Assembly (NCBI RefSeq): GCF_009914755.1
Contig: NC_060939.1
Source of the DNA: the human T2T-CHM13v2.0 reference genome, Homo sapiens
Direction: 5' to 3' (one strand)
DNA length: 64,000 nt
Under the pieces are notes generated by a model. It saw only the letters and a program-made list of their open reading frames with translations, searched no databases and was not told the DNA's origin. Both the position numbers and the translations under genes were made by a program. This document shows, piece after piece, positions 48,310 through 58,889 of the stretch; positions within the stretch are counted from its first letter, which is position 1; every line of letters starts with the position of its first letter.

Positions 48310-48769
48310 GAAGGGACACCACCCCTCATATTGTTTTATGCCCAATTTCTGCCTCCAAAGAAAGAAGAAGCAAAATCTAAAAAGGCAGAAATGAAATCCA
48401 CAGGCAGACAGACCTGCGCCATACCCTGGGCCTGGTAGTTAAAGATCGACCCCTGACCTACTCGGTTATGTTATCTATAGATTACAGACATTGTATAGAA
48501 AAGCACTGTGAAAATCCCTGTCCCGTTTTGTTCTGATCTAATTACCGGTGCATGCAGCCCCCAGTCACGTACCCTCTGCTTCCTCAATCCATCACTACCC
48601 TCTCACGCGGACCCCCTTAGAGTTGTAAGCCCTTAAGAGGGACAGGAATTACTCATTCAGAGAGCTAGGTTTTTGGAGACGTGAGTCTGCCAATGCTCCC
48701 AGCTGAATAAAACCCCTCCTTCTACAACTCGGTGTCTGAGGGGTTTTGTCTGCAGCTCCTCCTGCTACA
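48310..48769 (+). mobile_element. Solo HERV-E LTR (LTR2)
   Basis: accacccctcatattg..tatgcccaatttctgcctccaaag...aataaa...tcctgctaca; GAAG TSD; empty site cttgaaggagagc in unit A at ~46955. Confidence 0.92.
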
Positions 48770-49770
48770 GAAGGAGAGCAAGGGAGAGAGCGATGGAGAA
48801 ATAGAACCAGGAGAGAGAGAGACAGTGATAGAGAGAGAGAGACAGAGAAGGGGGAGGCGAGACAGAGGGGGTTAGAGAGAGCGCCACAGTAGAGTGCGAG
48901 GTGGAGGGGGAAGTAGAGAAAGGGAGAGGGTGAGGGAGTGCTAGAGTGACAGCAACAGAGCCTTGGAGAGGGAGGCTCTGCTCAGGTAGACAGGGCACCT
49001 TTCGGCAGGCAGGGGTGGGGTAGAGGGTGTTTGGGCCGGGCTAGAACAGGGGGTCAGGGCCCCCTACGCGGGAAAACCAACGGAGCCCTAAGACGTGTTT
49101 TATTTTCTTGAATTGGTTGGTTGCTTTGTGGGTGCGTTTCATAAGGTCCTTCCTTTGTTTGCTTCTTTCTGTCTCCTTGTTGCGGTGGGCCCTGAGATTT
49201 GTAGAGTGTGCTCCTTTGTCTGGAGGGAGCCGTGGTGCCGAGCTTGTCCATGGGGGGAGGCCTGGGTCTCTCTCCTGTCCTCAGGACTGGAGTTCACACG
49301 AAGTCGGTGGCATTGGGAAACCGGGTGCACAGGGACGGATTTCCTCGTGGCTGGCGAAGACAATGTCCTTCCCCTGGGGAAAGCAGCCCACGGGTTCTGG
49401 AGCGGAGGTCTTGCCTGGGGTCTGTGGGACCCGCTGCCCCTACCCGCCCCTTCCCCCGGCTTGGACGGTTGCAGTGTCGCTGGATGAATGAATAGAATTG
49501 CCTGGGAGTCCGGGGAGCGTGAAGACACCCGGGACCTCAGGGAACCCGCGCCTGCGCCCTCGGGGTCGGTCCCATCCTGCCCGGGTTGGAGCCGGGCTCC
49601 TGGTGGGGCTGCCGCGAGTCGGAAGAGGTGGGATGCTACTGCCTGGCGGTGCTGCAGTGGCGGATCTTCAGGAGGAGGTCCTGGGCTTCCGCTGGGGCGC
49701 GGGGGCGGTCAAGGGGGCGTTTGGGAAGGACCGAGACAAAAGGGGGAAAGAGGGAGAGAGCGGGAAGCCA

Positions 49771-49891
49771 AAAGCCTACGGTACCGGCTATTACCAGGCG
49801 GAGTCCCATCCAAGTACTAACCAGGACCGACCCTGCTTAGCTTCAACAGATCAGAGGCGAGCAGGCGCCTTCAGGGTGGTGTGGCCTAGAC
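49771..49891 (-). pseudogene. RNA5SP: 5S rRNA pseudogene (RNA5SP-type), full length
   Basis: Minus strand GTCTAGGCCACACCACCCTGAAG...GAAGCTAAGCAGGGTCGGTCCTGGTTAGTACTTGGATGGG...GTAGGCTTTT; roughly 85% identity to human 5S by hand alignment. Confidence 0.95.
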
Positions 49892-49911
49892 GCCAGCAGC
49901 TGTGCCTGGCT

Positions 49912-49923
49912 GCCCCAAGAGCC
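49912..49923 (-). promoter_or_regulatory. 5S upstream D-box
   Basis: GGCTCTTGGGGC at exactly -32 to -21 from 5S +1 (49891). Confidence 0.85.
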
Positions 49924-50289
49924 CGGCCCAGCAACGTCCGCACGACTCCAGGCATCACCGCCACCCCGGGGCCGCGGGTCTCGGATCCGGGACCCCCAGA
50001 GGCGCTCGCCGGTGCCCCCAGGCAGCTGTCTCCCTCTACACCCGAGCACCGCCGGCCTCCCAGAGCGTCCCGCCGTCACCGGCGGCCAGACCTGGCGCAG
50101 GACCAATGTGGTGCCGCCCTGCTGTTGCTGGGGGGCGCCGGAGGCCTCCGTCCCCTGCCCAGGCTTCCGGCTCTCGGGGCGGCCTCCTTTCAGCCCACGC
50201 TCCAGTCCTTCCGCGAGCTCCCGAGCTCCGGAGCTTCCACCACATCTGCCGGCTCAGGACGGGTCGTGCTCATCCCTTAACTTTGTAAC

Positions 50290-52140
50290 TTTTTGTTGTT
50301 TCTATTTATATTTTATTGTGCTATGTCTTGAAATGTTGTTGTAGTTATTACTTTTGATTGGGTATTAGTGTTCCTACTTTGAATAAGAGTAGTTTGCACA
50401 CCACACAGCTATAGTGTTATAATATTCTGTTTTGTTTTGTACCCTATTAGCAGTGAGGATTTTTTTTTTAACCTTTAGGTGATCATTCATTGCTCGTTAA
50501 TGTCCTTTTCTTCCTGATTGAAGTACTCCCTTTAGCATTCCTTTAGGACAGGTATGGTATTCATAAAATACTTCAGCTTTTTTTTGTCGGAAAAAGTCAG
50601 TATTTCTTTTTATTTGAAGAAAATTTTCACTGTATATTCTATTCTAAGGTAAAAGTTTTTTTCCTTTAATACTTTAAATATTTATTGCTTCTCTCTCCTG
50701 GCCAGTAGAGTTTCCACTGTAAAGTCTGCTGCCAGACGTGTTGGAGCTCCCCAGTATGTTATTTGTTCCTTTTCTCTTTCTTCGTTTAGAACTTTTCTTT
50801 ATCTTTGACATTTGGAAGATTTATTGAATGCTTTGAAGTCGTCTTTTTTGGGTTAAATCTGCTTAATGTTCTATAACATTTTTGTAGGTGGATATGGATA
50901 TCTTTCTATAGGTTTGGAAAGTTCTGTGTTATTATCCCTTTGAATAAATTTTTCTACCCCTGCCTCTTTCTCTACATCTTCTTTAAAACCAATAACTCTT
51001 AGATCTGTCTTTGTGAGGTTATTTTCTAGATCCTACCCTGCCTCTTTCTCTACATCTTCTTTAAAAACAAATAACTCTTAGATCTGTCTTTGTGAGGCTA
51101 TTTTCTAGATCCTGTTCGCATGATTTGTTGTTTTTATTCTTTTTCTTTTGTCTCTTCTATGTATTTTCAAAGAGCCTGTCTTCAAGCTCACTATTTCTTC
51201 TGCTTGATCCATTCTGCTGTTACATGGCTTTAATGCATTCTTCAGCATGCCAATTGCATTTTTCAGCTCAGAATTTCTGCCTTATTTGCTGTAACTATTT
51301 CAATCTCTTTGTTGAGTTTAGCTGATAAAATTTGGAATTTCTTTACTTTGTTATCTTAAATTTCTTTCAGTTTTTTTTTTTAATACAGGTATTTTGAATT
51401 CTCTGTCTGAAACATCACATATCTCTTTTTCTCCAGGATTTGTCCCCAGTGCCTTATTTAGTTCACTTGGTGAGGTCATGTTTTCCTGGATGGTGTTGAT
51501 GCTAGTAGATGTTCTTCAGTGTCTGGACATTAAAATCTTGGGCATGCAGCACCATATGAGGTTTAAAAAATAAAATTTAAAGAGAGAAAAGGTGAGTACT
51601 TATTGTAGTCTTCATTGTCTGGGCTTATTTGTAGCTGTCTTTCTTGGGAAGGTTTTTCACATATTTGAAAAGAGTTGGGTGTTGTGATCTAAGCCATATC
51701 TGCTTTATGGGGCACCTTATACCCAATAATACTGTAATTCTTCCAGACTCAGAGAAGTACCACCCTGACAGCCTTCAACAAGATCCAGGAGAATTTTCTA
51801 GATTACTGGCCAGAGACTCTTTTTCCCTACCCTTATTTTCTCTCAAAGATAAAGAGTTTTTCTCTCTGTTTTAAGCCACCTAAAGCTGGGAGAAGAAAGA
51901 CACAAGCACCCCTGGCCACCACCACTATGACTGCCCTGGATCAGACCTGAAGCTACCACAGCACGGGTCTTGCTCAAGTCCTGCTGCATGCACTTTCTGA
52001 CGACTGCCTATGTTCACTCAAGGTCTTTGGTCTCTACATTTAGCAGTTGGCAAAGCCAGACAGGCCTGTGTTCTTTCCTTTAGGGCAGTGAGATCCCTCA
52101 GTCCCTGGCTGGGTCCAGAAGTGCCATGCAGAAGTCAGGG
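50290..52140 (-). mobile_element. Old L1M 5'/ORF1-region fragment
   Basis: gtttccactgtaaagtctgctgccagacg..ggagctcc and related antisense L1M motifs. Confidence 0.65.
50954..51112. repeat. 79-bp tandem duplication
   Basis: ctaccc..gcctctttctctacatc...ttttctagatc at 50954 and 51033. Confidence 0.93.
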
Positions 52141-54415
52141 CTTTGGCCACTTTTTCATAGGGTTTTTTGTTTTTCTCTTGTAAATTTAAGTTCCTTATAT
52201 TGAATATTAGATCTTTGTCAGATACATAGTTTGTAAATATTTTTTTCTCATTCTATATGTTGTCTGTTCACTCTATTGATAATTTCTTTTGCTGAGTGGA
52301 AGTTTTAAGTTTAATTAGATCCCACTTGTCAATAGTTGTATTTGTTTTTTTGATGTCTTTATCATGAAATCTTTGCCTCTTTCTATGTCCAGGATGGGAT
52401 TGTCTATGTTGTCTTCCAGGGCCTTTATAGTTTTGGGTTTTACATTTAAGTATTTAATCCATCTTGAGTGATTTTTGCTTATGGTATAAGGAAGAAGTCC
52501 AACTTCAATCTTCTGCATATCGCTAGCCAGTTATCCCAGCACCATTTATTGAATAGGGAATCTTTTCCCCATTGCTTGTTTTTGCCAGCTTTGTCAAAGA
52601 TTAGATAGTTGTAGGTATGTGGTCTTACTTCTAACCTCTCTATTCCATTCCACTGGTGTATGTGTCTGCTTTTGTACTAGTACCATGCTGTTTTGGTTAC
52701 TATAGTGCTGTAGTATAGTTTGAAGTCGGGTAATGTGATGCCTCAAGCTTTGTTCTTTTTGCTTAGGATTTCCTTGGCTACTTAGGTTCTTTCTTGGTTC
52801 TATATGAATTTTTGAATAGCTTTTTTCTACTTCCGTGAAGCATGTCATTGGTAGTTTAATAGGAATAGCCTTGGGCAGTACAACCATTTAAATGATATTA
52901 ATTCTTTCTCTCCATTAACATGGAATGATTTTTCATTTATGTGTGTCTTCTCTGACTTCTTTGAGCAGTGTTTTGTAATTTTCATTGTAGAGATTTTTCA
53001 CCTCCCTGGTTAGCTGTATTCGTATGTACTTTATTCTTTTCATGGAAATTGTGAATAAAATTGCCTCTCTGATTTGGCTCTTAGTTTGGCTTTTCTTGGT
53101 GTATAGGAATGCTAGCAAATTTCGTACATTGATTTTGTGTCCCGAAACTTTGTGGAAGTTGTTTATCAGCTTAAGGAGTTTCTGGGTCACAACTATAAGG
53201 TTTAGATAGAGAATTATGTTGTCTGCAAACAGAGGTAGTTGGACTTCTCTTTCTATTTAAATACCCTTCATTTCTTTCTCTTGTCAGATTGCTCCAGAAA
53301 GGACTTCTAATACTATGTTGAATAGGAGTGGTGAGAGAGGGCATCCTTGTCTTGTGCGGGTTTCAAGGAGGATGCGTCCAGATTTTGCCCATTTAGTATA
53401 ATGTTGGCTGTGAGTTTGTCATAGGTGACCTTTATTATTTTGAGGTATGTTCCTTTGATACCTCATTTATTGAGAATTTTTAACATGAAGCTTTGTTGAA
53501 TTTTACTGAAAGCCTTTCCTGAATCTATTGAGACAATCACATGGTTCTTATCTTTAGTTTAGTTTATGTTATGAATCACATTTTATTGATTTGCCCATGA
53601 TGGACCAACCTTCCATTCCAGGGAAGAAGCTTACTTCACTATGGCGAATTAGCCTTTTGATGCGTTGCTAGATTCAGTTTGCAAGTATTTTGTTGTGGAT
53701 TATTGAATGGATGTTCATCAAGGATACTGGCCTGAAGTTTTCTTCTTTTTTTGTGTCACTGCCAGGCTTTGGTATCAGGATGATTCTGGTCTCGTAGAAC
53801 AAGTTGGGGAAGAGTCCCTCCTCCTCTATTTCTTGAAATAGTTTCAGTAGGACTGGTACTGGCTCTTCTTTGTACATCTGTTAAAATTTGTTAATCTATC
53901 AGGTCCTGGGTTTTTTTTTGGGGGGGGGTGTTGATAGGCTATTTATTATGAATTCAATTTTTGGAGCTCATAATTTGTCTGCACAGAGACTGAATTTCTT
54001 CCTTGTTCAGTCTTGAGAGAGTATATGTGTCCAGGAATTTATTAATCTCTTCTAGTGTTTCTAGTTTGTGTGTATAGAGGTGTTCATAGTAGTTGCTGGT
54101 TGTTATTTTTATTTCTCTGGGGTCAGTGGTAACATTACCTTCATCATTTCTAATTTTGTTTATTTGAATCTTCTCTCTTTTTTTCTTTATTAATCTAGCT
54201 AGTGCCCTATCTATCTTATTAATTTTTTCAAAAAACCTTGATTAAGTGATCTTTTGAACAGTTTTTCATGTCTCACTTTCCTTCAATTCAGCTCTGATTT
54301 TAGTTATTTCTTGTCTTCTATAAGCTTTGTGGTTGAGTTCTTCTTGCTTCTCTAATTCAGTTGTGATGTTAGGTGGTTAATTTGAGATATTTCTAATTTT
54401 TTGATATGGGCATTA
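52141..54415 (-). mobile_element. Older L1P ORF2 fragment
   Basis: ORFs 52315..52518, 52933..53190 and 53674..53877 are degenerate ORF2p. Confidence 0.9.
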
Positions 54416-56729
54416 CTTCTTATGCCCTACTCTAACTTTTGTCCTTCTAGAAAACTCAGAACTATGCTTTCTAAACCAATTCAGACTTTCTTAGTGAATC
54501 AGCCTGGTCTCCCTGAGGCAAAGTTAGCAATTTTCCATTACACATGGTTCTCTTTCTCTGTAAGAATATCTAATGCAACAATGCAAGTGTTTATTTCCCT
54601 CCTGGTAATGTGGGGAACTTCTTTTGGCTGAGACCAAGACATGTAACCTTGTTCTTTCAACATTAAGGAAGATCTATTTAGAAAGCCTCCATTTTTACAC
54701 AAAAGATATATAAACACCAATGAAAATAAATATGAAATTATATGACATACAATTATATTGTGGAAAGACTGAATAAATAAATGAACTAATCTCTAAAAAA
54801 AATGATGGTATAAAATGTTATAGAAATAAAAACCTTGGCTGGTATAGCATAATTAATGTATCAGTAAAGTATGTACATTGTAGAAGTGGCAGGAAGACAG
54901 CATAGAGAGTGAGACCTGACCAAAAGCTTTAAGGAAAGTTCTATACCCTTAAACGAGATTAAAGTGGACTCAGGAAAACATGGGCCACATGAGGGGAAGG
55001 ACACATGTTCCAGACGAGCCAAAGCTCAGAACATCTCTACCTTCTCCAGGAGGAAAGGGGAGGCAAAGCAGCAGACAGAAGACAGCACGGCCAGGTCAGC
55101 ACAGGGCACCCAGGCCAAGGCAGGTGGTCTCCGTTGTACAGGTAGTGAGGAGCCACTGCCAGGTGGGCTTTATTCATTAGTTTGTTTTGTTTCCTTTAGT
55201 AATGAAGACACATGATCAAAGTTGACCTTTGTAAATGTTGCTGCAGCTGAACAAAAAGATGGATAAAACCAGTGTTTTAAAAATTATGTTGTGTACAGCA
55301 CTAGCCTCAGTGAGACATTAGTAGAACACACAGGCACACACACGCACACACACTCACACTGAGCCCAGATTATTCTGGCAAATGTTGGGTTAAGCAAATT
55401 AAAAGAAACATCTTTAGTGCTGGACTTCTCATAACCTGGAATGTGGCTATATGACTCATAAAACGGCAAGGTTAAGACAGAGCATGTCATTTTTTCCCAG
55501 AGATGCTGAAACACTTTCCTTCCCTTGGCTTCAGTGTCACCTTCTTTCTCCTGGTTCTCCATCAACCTCTTTGGCTGCTCCTTCTTGATTTCCTTTTTGA
55601 CAATCTGCTGCTGCTCAGCCACTCTCTTTTCATTCCCCATGGATTTCTCAAGTGTGTTTCTATTCCTGCATTTTAAACTTTCCTTGTTTTTCCTGACACC
55701 TCTCCTTGTCTGACACTCCCCTGTTCTAAGGCAGGTGTTCCATCCGTGTGCACTTTTGGCATCCTGGGATGCTCCCAGCATGTTCCCTGCCACACTCCAT
55801 CAGGTTTTCTCAGCAGACTCCGTGAGGGTAGCAGCCTTGTCTCCACCGTTCCTTCAATGCTCAGCACATAACACAGAAGCTGACTCCATAACATTTAGTT
55901 GGCCAACTGAGACTAATTGTATGTTCCTCTAGATCTTAAAAAGTTACAGAAACATAGCACAATAGACAAAAAAAAAAAATCTTTAGTCAGGAGTTCTCTA
56001 TATATGTACAAGAGTTTGAAGTCATTATTAAAGCAAAGAGAAAGAGAAACTGACACAGAATTCCCTAAGATAAATTATTTTGCTTTAATCTTAATTCATC
56101 ATGTGAGATAATCAAGACCATGTGTTACTGTAAATATTTCTAGCTTACAACACAATAACCTGATTTTTATTGTTTGAAATAACTGCAATATAAACCATTT
56201 AATCAAAAATTGCATAAATAATCCTTTCAAATGCAATTCTGCCTAAATTTTACATTACTCATATGTTCAAATGATAATGAACCCATAAGCTTTTCTAATA
56301 CCTCAGTGAAAACACTGTACTGATTCCAGGTGTGGGAATCATATCTGAAAGTTATTTTACAGATGGGGAAAAGGTACGTACATGACATTGGCCTTTGCAC
56401 TACTGTGCCCTTTTGGGTCAGGAAAAAGCTGTTCCCTTAAAGTCCTAAAAACTCTTCTGTCAGGTCTGAAGGGTGGGTGGGAAACACAGTTTTACAAATT
56501 TTAGCCACAGATGTTTTATTCCTTGCTTAAAACAGTGACTAGATAAAGGCCAGTAGAAGAGTCTCCAATGTTTCTTTAGAAGCGTGCGCCTGAGAACATC
56601 TTCCTGAAACACTCCCTTGTCTCTGCCCAAAATCACCTTAGGTAGGAAAATCACAGCTCAGCAGACTGAGGAGATCCAAGGGGATCATTGAGCTCTGAGG
56701 CTTATGAGAGAAGAGAGAGAGGTCTAAGA

Positions 56730-57255
56730 CTTTTTTTGTATAAATTTATGGGTTCCAAGTGCAATTTTGCTGTAAGCATGGATGGCATAGTGGTGAAGTC
56801 AGGGCTTTTAGGTATCCATCACCAGAATAATGCACATTGTACCCATTAAGTAATTTCTCACTATTCACCCCTTCCATCCCCTCACCCTGCCGAGTCTCCA
56901 TTATCATTCCACTCTCTACGTCAGTATCTACACATCTTTTAGCACCCGCTTATGAGTGATAAAATAGGATGTTTACTCTGTGTCTGGTTTGCTTCACTTA
57001 CAACAATGGCCTCCAGTTCCATCCATGTGACTTCAAAAGTTATGATTCTATTGTTTTTTATGCCTGAATAGTATTTCATTGTGTATATTTTCTACATTTT
57101 CTTTCTCCAATCATTTGTTGATGGGCATTCAGTTTGATTTTATGTATGTGCTACTGTGAATAGTGTTGCAACAAATACACGAGTACAGTTATCTTTCTGA
57201 TACATTGATTTCTTTTCCTTTGCATAAATACTCAGTGGTGGGATTGCTGAATCAG
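56730..57255 (-). mobile_element. L1 (L1MA/PB) 3' UTR fragment
   Basis: gcacccgcttatgagtga...ttcactta..aatggcctccagttccatccatg. Confidence 0.8.
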
Positions 57256-57851
57256 ACAGAGCCAATAGATGATCAGTAATGATGGCCAATCATCAGCTAG
57301 AAAGAAAGTGCTTAGAAGGGCTTGAAAACACCGAAACTCTGAGACAACTGAGCTTCTAAAACTTCAACAGCCCTGAATGAAAAGTCCAAACACATTTATC
57401 TACCATTCAAGGACGCTTTATTGTCTGTCCTTTGTGCATCTCAGTAGTCTCTTTTTACCACACTGTCTATATACTGCATGAGCCATTTATATGAAACTAT
57501 GTGACATTCCAAGGCATCTTATACTATATATTCAACCTAGTATATATACTATATACTAGGGATACTCTATGTATCCCTAGTACCTAGCACAGTCCTGGCA
57601 TACAGTTTGCTACTAAACGTTTGCACAATGAAGGAATTATCTTGTATCCAGGTTCCAAGTTTTAAGGTGATTATTCACTAAAAAAAGTATTACAGTTCAC
57701 AAATAATCTATTTCCCTTATTACAAATGGGATCGATTTTAATCTTATCCCCTAATAACATTACTTTCATTTACTCCGATCTAAATATACTGTCTTAAGAG
57801 AGCAATAAGAAAGAGAGTTGAAGCTGGAGTTTGAAGAATTGTACATGGTCC

Positions 57852-58382
57852 TGTGATAGATGCCCTACCTTGTTTTAACCTGAGTGACTCTCTCCTAGCG
57901 GAGAGAGAGCCGGACAGACTCTATTTTAGTTTCTTCAAGTGCAGCCCCCTTTATCTCCCTCCCTTAAGGCCATAACTAGGGTAAATTAACTCAAAGCACG
58001 TCCAGGAATGCACTTACTGATAAGATATTGAGGCAAGCTGCACAAGCAGCTCCTGGGTACACACTCAGTGAATATCACACAAAACCCCTTCATTTCTCTC
58101 TTTGTGATAGTTTAAGCCCCTGCGCCTGGAACTGTTTATTTGTTTTGTAACTGCTTTTGTAACCAATTAATTTTTTAACTATTTACCAGCTCTGCTTCTG
58201 TAAAAATTGTTTCGATAAACTCCCCCCTCCCCTATTTAGACCACGGAATAAAAAAAAAACAGCCCCTTCCTCGGGGCCAAGAGAATTTTGAGTGTTAGCT
58301 GCCTCTCAGTCGCTGGCTAATAAAGGACTCCTTAATTTGTCTCAAAGGGTGGCTTTCCTCTATAACTCGCTTGGTTACAACA
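57852..58382 (+). mobile_element. Solo class I ERV LTR (LTR6-like)
   Basis: TG...CA ends, AATAAA at ~58319, perfect 4-bp TSD GTCC (57848-57851, 58383-58386); family from recall. Confidence 0.8.
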
Positions 58383-58889
58383 GTCCACACTGTGGCCTGA
58401 GGTGCATCGCGCACCTGAGCTTCATCTGTTAGGTATGTCAGGGAAGATAAGAAGGGTGAGAGTGGCCTCATCAGAGGACCCCAGATCTCTGGCTTCGCCA
58501 TCTGGCAAGTGCACCTCTGTGAACAAAGACTTCAGAGCCAGATGACAAGAACGGCCCAAGCAGTCCACCAGGGAAACCTGGGCCCAGTGTACATCAATGC
58601 AGAGCATCAAGCATGGTGTAACAAGTGCACAGTTGCCTATTCCTGTTCAGAGATAACTGCATCCCACACACTGTAAAATGAAGAAATGCAGAGAAGCAGA
58701 TGTAACTGAAGAAGACAGCAGGAGCAACAAGGAGGGACAACCACGACCTAGGAAGGCACGATGCCAGAGACGCCTGGACCCCACGCTAGGCTCAGTGCCT
58801 GTTATACTCTTGGGACCCAGGACTTTCCCTCTCCATCACAATGCATACTTGGTATTTTTTGTTGTTTAAAATATTGTACTTAGTTTTCA

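Larger units (their letters stand above)
48095..50280 (-). repeat. 5S rDNA-type repeat unit B, with LTR2 insertion
   Basis: Second diverged copy of the unit, containing the full 5S sequence and its upstream flank. Confidence 0.8.

Noticed and set aside
47266-50344. 346-aa and 260-aa ORFs
   Set aside because: GC-rich 5S spacer with few stops; no recognisable domain; frames not conserved between the two units
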